From Octopus vulgaris (lineage: Eukaryota): 64,000 bases of DNA. The DNA lies in contig OX597824.1 in assembly GCA_951406725.2 (NCBI GenBank), positions 90,706,001 to 90,770,000 on the forward strand. The letters run 5' to 3'. Positions within the stretch are counted from its first letter, which is position 1; every line of letters starts with the position of its first letter. This document shows, piece by piece, positions 43,258 through 56,842 of this stretch. Both the position numbers and the translations under genes were made by a program. The notes under the pieces were generated by a model, which saw nothing but the letters and a program-made list of their open reading frames with translations, did no database searches and was not told the DNA's origin.

Positions 43258-44208
43258 AACTAGAATATATCTCCGATCCATGTTCTTTCTTTCTGACGTC
43301 CAATTTCAGTTGTTTAAGAAGCCGCATCGCTTTCACTAGTAGCGGTCAGTTTGCAGAGGTTAAGGACATAAAACTTCTCCTCTTCACTAAAAAAGTCTTA
43401 AAATATTATCAGAATAAATAAATGTTAATACATATAGTCTGTCTCCAATAAATCAGAAATTGCTCTACAGCAACAATGTGCAACGGAGCGGAGATTAAAC
43501 CAATTAGTTATTCAGAGGAAAGTTCACCAAAATGTTTAGCATTTATTATACTGTAATGAAGACAGCTGCTTATTAATTAATTGAGATTATGTAACTTTTA
43601 CTAAAAGAAAACAACTATTAAAGCCTACACTGTTTAGGAAATTGTTAAAAATTCTAGCTCTAACATGTTCTTTTTTTATCGAAATGTGGTTTTCAAATTT
43701 CTTTTGATGTTGAAGATTTCAACTACAGAAAACTAATTAACGAATTCTAATTCATTGCATGACAACATTTTTTAATTCTGCAAGTCAGAGTTCCCTTTTT
43801 GTCTTTTCTCTTTGTCTCTCCCAACTCCCTTTCTTTATCACTCTCTCCCCTTCTCATCCACTTTTTTTACACTTCATGACGTTACTTTCTACAGACATAT
43901 CAGTAAAAAAAAAGAGACAAAATATTTCCCCATATTATAAGTTTAATCCAGCGTCAGGCAAAGCAGGTTCAATCTTGTATAACTTTATATTTGTTGTGGA
44001 AGAAATATAAAGACGAATAAAAAAAAAGGTGTGGGAGCTTTTTATTTACTTACATCGCATTTATCAAATATAACCTTGTAATAGTAATTCCTTATGAAGA
44101 ATTGCTTGAAAGCTACGCACGTGGTTACGCGATTATTCCAATGCAACTCCTGGAATGGTCCTTAAGAAGACTAAAAGACAAAGTTAATCTCGACGAGATT
44201 TGAACTTA

Positions 44209-44627
44209 TACTCTTTTACTCTTTTACTTGTTTCAGTCATATGACTGTGGCCATGCTGGAGCACCGCCTTCAGTCGAACAAATCAACCCCAGGACTTATT
44301 CTTTGTAAGCCTAGTACGTATTCTATCGGTCCCTTTTGCGGAACCGCTAAGCTTACGGGAACGTAAACACACCACCATCCGGTTGTCAAGCGATGTTGGG
44401 GGGGGGGGGACAAACACAGACACACAAACATATGCACACACATACATACACATATATATACATATATACGACAGGCTTCTTTCAGCTTCTGTCTACCAAA
44501 TCCACTCACAAGGTTTTGGTCATCCCGAGGCTATAGTAGAAGACACTTGCTCAAGGGGCCACGCAATGAGACTGAACGCTGAATCGTGTGGTTGGTAAGC
44601 AAGCTACCACAGAGCCACTCCCGCGCC
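44209..44627 (-). mobile_element. Full-length SINE family A
   Basis: Complete tail-to-head match with a short internal CA/TA tract. Confidence 0.93.
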
Positions 44628-44783
44628 TAGAACAAACAGTGCGAAGTATATGGGGTTTTTTTCCGCGATGCTTTAGCAGCTCGGTTACAGTCCACCAGCT
44701 TTTGCTCGAAATAATACAAAGAAACTTTAATCATGATCGTTATCGATTTATTTTATTATATTTTCATTGTGATCTGCGTTTAA

Positions 44784-45175
44784 GGCGGCGAGTTGGCAGA
44801 AACGTTAGCACACCGGGCGAAATGCTTAGCAGTCTGCCACTACGTTCTGAGTTCAAATTTCGTCGAGGTCGACTTTGTCTTTCATCCTTTCGGGGTCGAT
44901 AAATTAAGTACCAGTCACACACTGGGGTCCTTGTAATCAACTTAATCCGTTTGTCTGTCCTTGTTTGTCCCCTCTGTGTTTAGCCCCTTGTGGGTAGTAA
45001 AGAAATAGGTATTTTGATGTCTTTACGTTCTGAGTTCAAATTCCGCCGAGGTCGACTATGCCTTTCATCCTTTCGGGATCGATAGACTAAGTACCAGTCG
45101 CGTACTAGGGTCGGTCTTATTGACTGCCCCCCCACCCCCAAAATTTCGGGCCTTGTGCCTAGAATAGAAAAGATT
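44784..45175 (+). mobile_element. SINE family B with duplicated body
   Basis: GGCGGCGAGTTGGCAGAAACGTTAGC, TACGTTCTGAGTTCAAATT present twice. Confidence 0.9.
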
Positions 45176-45242
45176 ATGACCTGTGTTTATTAATGTAAGT
45201 CTAAACATTTTTATGCACCCAATGTATTAATCGTTGTGATGC

Positions 45243-45290
<48 letters not shown>

Positions 45291-45322
45291 TTGTCGTAAC
45301 CTTGCAATACAGTGCACATGTG

Positions 45323-45376
<54 letters not shown>

Positions 45377-45536
45377 CGAACAGACAGACATACAGAAAGA
45401 AAGAAAGAAAGAGAGAGAGAGAAAGAGGAAGACAGAGGTAGAGAGAGAAGTGGAACACATATGCTATATATTTGTATATAACATCTAATCTATATGCATA
45501 CACACTTGTATAAATATATATACACACGTATATGTG

Positions 45537-45586
<50 letters not shown>

Positions 45587-45597
45587 TACACACACAC

Positions 45598-45661
<64 letters not shown>

Positions 45662-46003
45662 GTATAAGATAAATTTTCTAAGTCCGTTCTTAAAAAAATT
45701 ACTTTCACCTGTCGAGTGTACGTGTGTATGAGTGCTTGTAATGTCATATCTGCAGGTGTAAACGTGTCTGTGTGAGTGCGCGCGCGCGCCCTGCACATGC
45801 CATGCGAAATACACTCCTGTTTTGACATACCTATATGATATCCCCTAAATGTGCTGCAAAAAATATCAAGGATTGATATCGATATTATAGCTTTGTTATA
45901 TTTGGCTTCATTCTCAGGTTTACGCCATAATTCTTGTAACATAAAACTAGATAAAGCAATTTCTATTATGAGCTTATATGCTATGTAATACGTACAATGT
46001 TTT

Positions 46004-46044
<41 letters not shown>

Positions 46045-46455
46045 TGTATATATTATGTATAATATTATATTATATTATATTCATGTGTTTAAAATAAATA
46101 AATAACCATGCCGTTAACAACCATGATAATAATGATATTAGATCCGTAGCATTTTTATCTAAAAGCAAATATGTTAAAAGAGTTTAGATTTTATTTTGCC
46201 AACGATATTAAGTTACAAACCTTTCTGTTATGAGTTCAAATTCTAGTCGACGTCGATTTTCCACTTTCATTTTTTTTTTTTTCCGTTGAAGATATAATCA
46301 AGTCATGTACTGGAATTGATCGCAACGTCTGTACACTTCGCTTCGAAATCATATGGGATTCTTGCGAGAAATCAATATCGTTAACGCCTTTATTGCGTTT
46401 CTAGCTGGAATGATAAAGTTGTCTAACACTAACAACATCAATAATAATGATGATG

Positions 46456-46512
<57 letters not shown>

Positions 46513-46558
46513 TCAAAAATACTTTAGAAATGAGAACCCAGGTTCGAAATTTCCCCAA

Positions 46559-46604
46559 GACACCTGATGAAGGCTGAAGGGTATATCAGCCGAAACGTTG
46601 TGTT
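46559..46604 (+). ncRNA. Minimal type I hammerhead motif, family H1
   Basis: GACAC-CTGATGA-A-GGCTGA(AGGGTATA)TCAGCC-GAAA-CG-TT-GTGTT, inside the repeat 46424-46660 that begins with (AAT)n. Confidence 0.78.
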
Positions 46605-47016
46605 AACAACAAACAAGATGAGGACAAATATCCGTCAAATCTAAATAATGTACATAATTCTTAAGAACTGTAATAGCACATTATACTCAATAGTTACAAA
46701 ATGCGGAGCAAAAGAATGGGATTTAGGCAATGTATAAAAACATGATAATATATTTAAATTACACAAAATAATTACAGAACATAATTAAATAAATATCAAT
46801 TACAGAAGATGTAATTGAAAAAATTCAATTTAAGTAATATCAAAAAGATATTGTTTTAATTAACCGGTTAATCGATGCCTTTATTTAGATTATTTTCTCA
46901 TCTGATTTTAATATTTGAGACCGATGTATAAAGTTCAATATGATCTTCATTGTCTTATACAAAAATTCTCAATCCTAGCGTAGGTTAGAACTATCGCCGA
47001 TTATCTTTTGAGGATA

Positions 47017-47225
47017 TACGAGGTGGTGCTAAAAAGTTCCGACTTTAAGGGTATCGTAAAAGGCCTGGTCGGAAGCCCAACCTTCCCTGTTCTTTTACAG
47101 GGCTTAGAAAAACGGAAGGATCGCTGCAATATGTGCATGAATCTGAGAGGGGAATGTGTTGAATAAAACCATAATTAACTGTATTTTATTTTACCCAAAG
47201 CCAGGAACTTTTCAGCCCGCTTATA
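47017..47225 (+). mobile_element. Mariner-derived MITE
   Basis: Termini TACGAGGTGGTGCTAAAAAGTTCC and GGAACTTTTCAGCCCGCTTATA. Internal LQGLEKRKDRCNMCMNLRGECVE* resembles a mariner C-terminus. Confidence 0.8.
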
Positions 47226-47886
47226 AGGAGAGCGTCTGTAGCTTTCGCAAATTATCCATCTTTCTTCTTACTGAAGCTTCTGTGATTGCTTCGAGCAAGA
47301 ATGCATTTGTTTTTGTTACGTAATCGTGCCACAATGGTTTTCGTTCAACGAACATTTTGTATCCATCTACTGCAAAATACGAGGCTTTTTTTCTACATCA
47401 ATTGTCGACATTAAGAAAGAATTTTCGATTAACAAAATTTGTACATGTGTTTTCCTTCATGTAAAAAAAAAATTCTTCGAGTCAAATTTATCGTCGTTAT
47501 TTATCACAAATCATTATTTTTTTCCGTTTGTCTCTTGTTAGCTTCCATTATTTTCCTTTTTTTTATCTTCCTTAAAATTTCTACTTTCACTTTCACCGGT
47601 TTTTTTTGTTTGTTTTTGTCTCGGATAAGCGTATTTGTTTACGTTGGTGTTACCACCATCTGACAAATGCCTTTTGCCGCTACAATGATACAAAAATCCA
47701 AGTTTAATTATGAGTCAACCAAATACACATACGTAAACGTTAAATTTCTGAAGTCAAACTTATTTTTTCACTCCGAGGTAAAACGAGATGAAGGCTAAAA
47801 CTGTTTCGAAGACTTCCGTAAGTAAAATTATCTAAACGTGGCAAATGTAATTATTTTACGTACACGTTCGTTCAACGCACAACACA

Positions 47887-47908
47887 AATAATAATAATGA
47901 TAATAATG

Positions 47909-47964
<56 letters not shown>

Positions 47965-47996
47965 TATAATAATAATAATGATAATAATAATAATAA

Positions 47997-48027
<31 letters not shown>

Positions 48028-48365
48028 AATAATAATCCTTTCTAATAATAATATGAAGAAGAAGAAGGAGAAGAAGAAGAAGAAGAAAAAGAAGAAGAAG
48101 AAGAAGAAGAAGAAGAAGAAAAAGAAGAAGAAGAAGAAGAAGAAAGAAGAAGAAGAAGAAGAAAGGAAGAAAAAAGAAAGAAAGAAAGAAAGACAGAAGA
48201 TGAAGAAAGAAAGAAGAAGAAGAAGAAGAAGAAGAAGATGAAGAAGAAGAAGAAGATGAAGAAGAAGAAGAAGAAGAAGAAGAAGAAGAAGAAATCGAAG
48301 AAGAAGAAGAAGAAGAAGAAGAAGAAGAAGAAGAAGAAGAAGAAGAAGAAGAAGAAGAAGAAGAA
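47887..48365. repeat. (AAT)n followed by (AAG)n microsatellites
   Basis: Direct inspection. Confidence 0.97.
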
Positions 48366-49473
48366 AAGGAGGAGGTCGTGTTGGGGACGTTTATCAGGAG
48401 AGAACGCCATTTCATCGCACAGCGAGAAAACCAAAATATCCATTAAGATCGGTCAAATAAGAGCAATGAAAATCGAAAACAAATGATGAGAATGTCGGAA
48501 GATAAGGCAAAAGTAATGCATTAACTTTGAGTAATTGTATTGATTTTGCTGCTGCTGTTGTTGATGCTGTTGATGGCGATGATGATGATGGTGCTCTAAG
48601 TAATGTATTGTAAATGTTCGCACTAACGGTCGATTAGTCATCGCGTGTAAACACACTAAGAGAATATAAGTTAAATCCTCACCAAGGTTGGGCGACCTCG
48701 TCAGCCATTAAAACTTGCAAACGTCACAAATGAAACTCTATCATTCTGTCCAAGTTTAAAACAGAAATGTGTACTTTGAATTTGATGTGTGAACTCTAAG
48801 GAAAATTGGAGTGTACAAACCTTAGCATTAACAGAAGAATATAAACAGTTAGGTAATGGCATTGGTGCCATTCTCTTGGAATGCTGCATTCTCCTGGATT
48901 TCTACGATCTTGAAATCTTGTTCTTTTCAAGTGGAATTCGATTTTAGGAAAGATTCTTAAAGCAAATAGATCGAAACTCCTGACAAAAAGGAGACAAGAC
49001 TAAACACATAAACTCTAAACATACCGAGAAGGCAAACTACAAAGTCAGACCTCAAACAGTCTCAAGAAAACAAGTAAATAACAAACCATAAGATAAAACC
49101 ATGGCAACATAGCCACTGACCAGCAAATCCGAATCCGAACGAGATAAACACCAACGAAAATATGAATCAAATGAAATATAAGAAAGATTTAATAATAGAA
49201 AATTGTAAAGATGGAAATTTTGATTATGTCCATAACCTAAAGGTAGAATTAATTAAAGAATTGAAATCGATAAAAGATATTCTTATGGACCAATAAAAGA
49301 CACTCTCAAGGATAAATCTTAATGATAAAATAGCAATATTACAAAAGGAAAATTTGAATATTGTGTTCTTAAACAAAACAAGTACGAACATCAATATAAC
49401 CAGGATAATCTAAAAACGTTATATGCGACAGTCACACTAGTAGTAAAACAGGTAACCATATTGATATAGTGTA

Positions 49474-50030
49474 CGAGGTCTGGTCAAAAAGTAACGGGAC
49501 TGGTGATATAAAAGGACAACTGCAATATATATAAAATCAGTCTTTAATCTCCTCCAAACTGGCCACCTTCTGAAGCCACACACGTTATCCAGCGTCGTTT
49601 CCATTGATGGAAGCATTTCTGGAACACCTTTCTGTATGGATAGCAAGCAGCTGCCAAGCTGCATTCTCTTGGATTTCTTCGATCTTGAAATCTTGTTCTT
49701 TTCAAGTGGAATTCGATTTTAGGAAAGATTCTTGGTCGTAATATACTTCGATCTGTGTCGCTTTGCACGCACACTCTCCCACACACAGACACATATTTTC
49801 TTCGCTATGACCACTCATTGAATCTCTGTGATCTGATGATACGATCACACGCTACACACTTCACTTCCAAACATTGCTTTAAACAAGTGAGCGAGAACGT
49901 CATGAGTTAGTGTGCATGCGCGACAGAATACAAGGTCAGTCTGGGTCACTCAGCGGCTTCACTCAGCGTACTTTAACTCCGTTGCTATAACAACAGTCAC
50001 GATAATGATATTCTTTTTTATCCGACCTCG
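49474..50030 (-). mobile_element. Internally deleted mariner with both termini and TA duplications
   Basis: TA-CGAGGTCTGGTCAAAAAG and CTTTTTTATCCGACCTCG-TA. Minus strand FPKIEFHLKRTRF...FQKCFHQWKRRWITCVASEGGQFGGD*. Confidence 0.88.
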
Positions 50031-50216
50031 TATAAAATTATCAAAATGGAAACAGAAAACTTGGAAAACAATTCGATTAAAAAATCACAGGAAAACTTTA
50101 ATCCTCAATTAATAACGGAAAGGCACGCATTAAAAAATAGATTTCAGCGGTTCCAGCATGGCGAATATATAATGTATATATGTATATATATACGCATGTA
50201 TGTAGGTACATACATA

Positions 50217-50579
50217 GAGGCGCAATAGCCCAGTGGTTAGAACAGTGGACTTGCGGTTGTAGGATCGCGGTTTCGATTCCCAGACCGGGCGTTGTGAGTG
50301 TTTATTGAGCGAAAACGCCTAAAGCTCCACGACGCTCCAGCAGGGGTTGGTGGCGAACCCTACTCTATTCTTTCACTACAACTTTCTCTCACTCTTTCTT
50401 TCTGTTTCTGTTGTACCTGTATTTCAAACTCTGTGTCATGGGGAATCTCCCTGAGAACTACGTTAAGGGTACACGTGTCTGTGGAGTGCTCAGCCACCTG
50501 CAAGTTAATTTCACGAGCAGGCTGTTTCGTTGATCGGATCAACTGGAACCCTCGTCGTCGTAACCGACGGAGTGCCACG
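50217..50579 (+). mobile_element. Near full-length tRNA-derived SINE family C with 13-bp target-site duplication
   Basis: A-box TAGCCCAGTGG, B-box GGTTTCGATTCC, ATGTAGGTACATA at 50200-50212 and 50580-50592. Confidence 0.9.
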
Positions 50580-51084
50580 ATGTAGGTACATATGTGTGTG
50601 TGTGTTAATGTGTGTGTGTTTGTGAAACTCCAATAGCAGAATTGTGACAGCTATTCCGGAATATCGATACACGTCGGGCTAAAAGATATGTTCGCCATCG
50701 CCCGCATACTGCCATAGCTTCGTGTTGAGCCAAGCTATGAATGTAAAGCTGCGAAGACTTGTGGGGTGGGAGTTGTATCTCTGAACTTCTTTCAACAGTA
50801 GATTATTACGCTTTCACCATTCAACCCTTGGTTACTTTTAGCGTTCCCCTCAGGTCTCCGGTCGGGCGATAAATCGATAATGAAATATTCTACATTTTAC
50901 AACAGCAAAACCAATATATATAATTGGTTTCTTCCACATACTCAACCCCACTCTGTCTTTTGGGGTTTGTGTGTGCGTGTTTGTGTGTGTGTGTGTGTGT
51001 GTGAGTGTATGTGTGTGTGTGCGTTCGTGTGTGTGTGTGTGTGTGTGTGTTTGTGTGTGCGAGTTCGTGAGTGTGCGAGTGTGT

Positions 51085-51300
51085 GTGTTTTTTGGCCATG
51101 TTTGCACTCCCACACAAACAGTTAAAAACGGGTGTTGGTTTGTTTACGTCCTTGTAACTTAGCGGCTCGGCAAAAGAGGTCGATAAAATAAGTACCGAAC
51201 ATTACTCAAATATATGCACTAGGATGGGTTTCTTTGACCGAAACACTTTAAGGCTGTGCTGCAGCATGGCCGCAATTTGGTATCTGATACAAATAAAACA
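51085..51300 (+). mobile_element. SINE family A 3' half
   Basis: GTTTACGTCCTTGTAACTTAGCGGCTCGGCAAAAGAG...GCAGCATGGCCGCA. Confidence 0.75.
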
Positions 51301-52130
51301 TAATATAACTCTGTGTGTGTATGTGTGCGTGCGTGTGCATGTGTGTGTGTGCGTGTGCGTGTGCATGTATGTGTACATATTTGTATATGTGTGTGTGTGT
51401 GTGTGTGCGTGTGCACTTATGTGTCTGTGTATGCGTATTTCCTTGTATCGATTATGTTTTTGAAAGGAAAAAAACCTACTTTATTGCTGAAAGTATATAT
51501 TTACATATTTAATTACTCGATAATTATATTTTTGTACTTGCATGTAAGGCTGGTTGTTTACGAACAAAAAATATCATGGAATAAACACCATAATCAATAA
51601 CCTATGCAATAAAAATGATATACAATTACCTGAACATTTGGAAGACATTTTCTGCAAACAACACGGGATATTGAAGTAGACTATTACATGCAGGACTGCA
51701 TGTTTATCGTGCTCATATTAATCGATTATCGATAGGGTAAGATATTTCTAACGCATGGATCTTCTAACATTCGCGTATGCACACAGGCCGCACAAACACA
51801 CACTCACACACACACACATTCACACACGCACACTCATACATACGCACGCAGATATCTATGTACATGGTTACATGGTTGTGTGGTCGTGCGTGTGTCTGGA
51901 TGTGTGTACAGTGTTATAAATATCAATGCCTACGGACACGAATCTACCTGGATTCTTATATTTATATGCTTCTGTACACGACTGCAAGCTAGATAATTAA
52001 ACAGAATGAGAGTTTAATATATATATATGCCAGAGTAAGCGCATAATTGTGAAACAAGGTGGAAAAAATAGTACTCGAATACGTGAGGTATCGTGATATG
52101 CTTTATTAATAAAGCTGCAAAGATACCACA

Positions 52131-52176
52131 AAATCTGTTACTCAGAGTTTCACGTTCCCGTTCTTCGGAGAGTTTT
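52131..52176 (-). ncRNA. Minimal hammerhead motif, family H3 (left arm of inverted pair)
   Basis: Minus strand: AAAACTCT-CCGAAGA-ACG(GGAA)CGT-GAAA-CTCTGAG-TA-ACAGATTT. Confidence 0.65.
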
Positions 52177-52206
52177 GGTCGAGAATCAGCCAAATCATTC
52201 TCAACC

Positions 52207-52252
52207 AAAACTGTCCGACGAACGGGAATGGGAAACTCTGAGTAACAGTTTT
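52207..52252 (+). ncRNA. Minimal hammerhead motif, family H3 (right arm of inverted pair)
   Basis: AAAACTGT-CCGACGA-ACGGGAATGG-GAAA-CTCTGAG-TA-ACAGTTTT. Perfect 8-bp stem I, stem II disrupted. Confidence 0.65.
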
Positions 52253-52291
52253 TGTGGTGTCTTTGCAGCTTTGTAAATAATGTGTATTAAA

Positions 52292-52339
<48 letters not shown>

Positions 52340-52350
52340 TTATATATATA

Positions 52351-52411
<61 letters not shown>

Positions 52412-53250
52412 TCCGCACAAAATAGCACTGACCACTTCGCAGGACCCACACCATCATCCACACACCTACACATGCACACACTCACACATCAAGGTCACCA
52501 TCCCCTAACCACACGCACACACACGCTCTCACATACATACACACGCACACCTTCGTTTAGGATGATAGCAAATTAAATTTTCATTATTCTTGGTGGCTTT
52601 CTCTGGTCACTGCTATGTTGTGGCTATTACATAACACTTGCTAATCTGCTTACCTTCGACTGATTCAGTATGACTTGACCTCGGACGATTGGTGGCTATC
52701 CAGAAAGAGTATTCTTCCGATGACGACACCACGAGAGTATCTCACAACTGTGGTTAAGTGATGTTGCTCCCTTCCTCAATGTCTTGAACTATTTTAGCTT
52801 TGGCACGGCCTGTATAATAATCTACAGGCTGAACTGAAGTTTTGTGTGCGCTGATACCGCTTTGATATCGGCAAGAGTTAGTGTACAAGGTATATTACAT
52901 TAATGTTAGATGCATACATTATTGTCAAGTGTTGTGTTTTTTTATCATTCATATAGAAAAGCCTGTCATCGATGATAATGAATCTGGAAACTTTACCGGT
53001 TCAAACTAGTTGCAAGGAATAGGAAGTCCTACAAAAATATTTAAAACATCTACATAAAATGCTGAAACTTGAACACAGTCGTGCTTTCAATATAACACAT
53101 TTAAAATAACAAGACACTCTGTTTCATGTACAAATATACACATATACTAACACATACATATATACATACATGCGTACGTACGTACATACATACATACATA
53201 CATACATACATACATACATACACACTCACATATATATATATGTGTGCATA

Positions 53251-53352
<102 letters not shown>

Positions 53353-53569
53353 TCCGTGTGTGCATGTATGTAAGTGTGTATGTATGTATATATGAAGGTA
53401 TGTATTCATACGTACATATGATATGTGTATACGAAAAAGTTAGACATATCTAGAAGGAAATAAATAGAATATGTCTATATATACTTTGAAAATATCGTTC
53501 TCACGCCATGTTGGACCACTAAACTCAACACGTTTTTTTCGTCCTCTCTATTTTTTCTTCCTCTTCTTC

Positions 53570-53607
53570 CTTTCTGTTAAAGAGCATAGGCTCGAAACAT
53601 AAAAAGA
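53570..53607 (+). ncRNA. Degenerate hammerhead motif, family H2
   Basis: CTTT-CTGTTAA-AGAGC(ATAG)GCTC-GAAACATA-AAAAGA. Confidence 0.4.
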
Positions 53608-54829
53608 CTTTTCCATTCTCCCTGACCGCCATACTAATACACTCGCTTGTTGTTCCTACACCTGTCTTCATTTGTTTTTCTATATATTTCAACTATATAC
53701 ATACATATGTGTATAAGTATATATATATATATATATATATATATCAGGATATGTATAAATATATATGGTAGTGTGTGCGTGTGTTCTCTCTGTCGATGTA
53801 TGTACAATGTAAACGTTTCTATTCGCCTCGGGTTTGTTCCACAACTCTAATACAATCACCTCTTTTTCTCATTTTCGCTCTAATTACCAACTCATTATTA
53901 TCAGTTTTTTTTCTTCATTTCGTTATTTCGTTCAGAAATGGGAATCATACTTTGAAAATATATGTAGACATATTCTATTCATTTCCCTCTAGATATATCT
54001 ATGTTTGCGTATACACACATCGTATATAGGTATGTATACATAGATAAGGACACACAGACACACAGAGAAATGGGAAACACTTTGAAGGCATATGTAACCA
54101 TATTTTTCATTTTTGTCTGGATATGTTCATCTTTGTGTGTTCAATCATTATATATACGTATACATACATATACATATATATGTACATACGTGTATTTATG
54201 TGTGTATGTGTTTGTATGTATAAACGTATGTATATATATGTATGCGTGTGTGTCAAAATATGTATATGTGTGTGTATACAGATGAGAGTTTGTAAAATTG
54301 TATATAAACTATACAATATAAACTATGTATGTAAAATTGTATATAAGCTAATCAAACTCTCTCATAATGCGATTTTCGCATTTTTTTTTGGTTTTTACAA
54401 TTTTATAAGTACTTTCAGGATTTATAACGATCCGGAGGAAAACGCCATTATGGAACGTCTAATGCGTTTCGTAATTCTGAACTTAGTGAAACGGTCAAAT
54501 TGTTTCATTAGGCTTCAGCAGGATGAAGCTGTTTTGACCAAACAAATAAAGGATAAAAGATAAAAAAAAGGTTAGCTGTCAAGGAAATGTTCACACACAC
54601 ACACATACACACACACACTCACACACACAAGCCTCACATACAGGCATATTTTAACCAATAAGTGTTGCTGAGAGGGGGCTTGTTTAGAATTTGATGTTGA
54701 GAAACATCTGATGCTGCAAAGTCCTATCTTGAATATTTTTAAATGAAATTAAAATCGAATTGAACTTAATATTATTTTCAGTATTTCAACAGGTTTTGAA
54801 TGAAATTAAATTTAAATCAATATTAATAT

Positions 54830-55960
54830 TATTCTTTAAATTACTGCTCATTCAGAACGAGGACTGAACTCTTCTTCTGACTTGACTGGATCGTGAAGTT
54901 TGTAAAATGGAAACATCGAAAACATTTTAGTTTCAAGTTTCAAATGTTTGCTTAATGGGATCTGGTTGACATGATGATCCCTAATTTGTTGCCTGTGTAT
55001 TCGAGTGCGTTCCAGTAAGGATTTTCCTCTCTGGCCAATATATATTTCTTCACAAACTGGAAATTTGGTGCAGTAGATTAGTTCTTATTTGTATTTTGCA
55101 ATATTCTTTTCTCGGTTTTGTGTTGGTAAAGTAACCGGTGTAATTGAATTGATATGCATGACAATGATTGCCATTGCATTTCGATACCATGATTGTCCTG
55201 TCATTGTTGCTCAGGTCACACTTTGCCTTCATTAATAAGTTCTGCCTTTTACTTTTAACAAATGTTCGGTTAGCAATTACATTCTTAGTTCGTTGCACTG
55301 ATGACAAGAAAGTTTAATGGCTCGGGTCATGTGTCACTATCAGAGGTATGATATTCTATTCTTGTGCTTGTGTTCCTCCTAGGTTGTTCTATAAGGATTA
55401 ATATTTTTGAGTAGAAATCCCTTAAATTCGGTGACTTGTTTGCCTCTGGTATCTACATCATCAACAACAGCGTAAATTTTCCTGACTACACAGTATAGAA
55501 TATAACGTTTTTTTTATGTGCAGGATGGCATCATTTAAAGTACAAATTTTGATGTGTATCACTGTATTTATAATATAGATCCATCGTGATATTGGTAATA
55601 TTTTTAATTACCATTATATCGAGTTACAGTTTTGTGTTGTTCATCTCCTTTGTAAATTTCAGAGCTGGATGTAGATTGTTTAAAAGTATGCTGAAGTCTT
55701 CCAAATCATCTGCAGATTTTGGTCCGAATTAGGAATGAATCGTCAAGATATCTTTTCCATGCGCCTTCTATATATCGTTTAAAATCAGTGTCATATGTTT
55801 CTTCTGCCTTTCTTCTTCCTAGTATCGCATTACAGAATTTGCGTATACTGGATCAAACTTGATTCCAATGGCTGTACCTCATATCTGAAATTAATTTTTA
55901 CCATTGAAAAAGGATGTGTTATTCTCAAGCATAAAACAGACAGCGTTTAATATAGAATCA
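54830..55960 (-). pseudogene. Decayed Penelope-like element ORF (reverse transcriptase plus GIY-YIG endonuclease)
   Basis: Minus-strand pieces GTAIGIKFDPVYAN, WKRYLDD, CHPAHKK, KSKRQ..LLMKAK, VCEEIYIGQRGKSLLERTRIHRQQIRD..QIPLSKHL..FPFYK, with many frameshifts and stops. Confidence 0.85.
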
Positions 55961-55977
55961 AATAGAATTAATATAGA

Positions 55978-56242
55978 ACCAAAGCCTTGTGAGTGGATTT
56001 GGTAGACAGAAACTGAAAGAATCCTAAACGTATGTATGCATGTACGTATATACGCACGTGTGTGGGTGTTTCTCTCCCATCACCGCTTAATATCCGGCGT
56101 TGTATTATATAACTTGGCGGTTCGGGTAAAAGACCGACCGAATAAAATGTAGGCTTTAAAAAATAAGTCCTGCTGGGGGAAATCTATTCAACGGTGCCCC
56201 AACATGGCCGCAGTTGAATGATTCAAACAAAGGATAAAAGAT
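55978..56242 (+). mobile_element. SINE family A, 5'-truncated
   Basis: ACCAAAGCCTTGTGAGTGGATTTGGTAGAC...CATGGCCGCAG...GATAAAAGA. Confidence 0.8.
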
Positions 56243-56478
56243 TAAAACGATAAGTTAACTTTTAAGGGAATCTTCACACACACACACACACATATAGACA
56301 CACGCATATTGCCACACATATACATACATATATGTATGCGTGTATATGTGTGAGTGTATGAATCTATATATACTTATATATATGTGGGTGTATGAATGAT
56401 TGTATGCAAATATATGTGTAGCTTCATGCTTTTGTATTACGGGCAAACGTATTCAGTATTTCGGCTGACCCCTCATTC

Positions 56479-56650
56479 ACCCAGCGGAGCATCGAGGATG
56501 TGAGAACTGGAGGGAGGGACAGTACACCATCACCTATCAGATATTTTAGGTGCCCCCGTAGCGTGGGTAAACGTCGACAGCATGTCGGCCAACCCAGTGG
56601 AGCATCGAGGATGTGAGAGCTGGAGGGAGAGAACGATGCACCCACCCCCG
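56479..56650 (+). repeat. Two diverged copies of a unit of about 55 bp, about 111 bp apart
   Basis: ACCCAGYGGAGCATCGAGGATGTGAGARCTGGAGGGAG at about 56479 and 56592. Confidence 0.8.
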
Positions 56651-56842
56651 GCAGATCGTGATTTTGAGGGGAGCAACATGAAGTAAAGTATTTTATCCAT
56701 GGATACTATGTGCTACTCGGTCGAAGAATCGATCCTACGGCCGTAAGATCGTTAGCCCAGCACACTATCCACAAGATTACGTGCCATATCTCTTCCTTTT
56801 TAACAAACAACATTAATATATACATGTAATATACCTAATGAT

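Noticed and set aside
48960-49440. A-rich block resembling LINE ORF1 coding sequence
   Set aside because: Frequent stops and no diagnostic motif, so it cannot be assigned.
50217-50290. tRNA genes at 13168, 50217, 56843 and 61048
   Set aside because: A and B boxes are present but run into SINE bodies. No complete cloverleaf, and 50217 has a flanking duplication.
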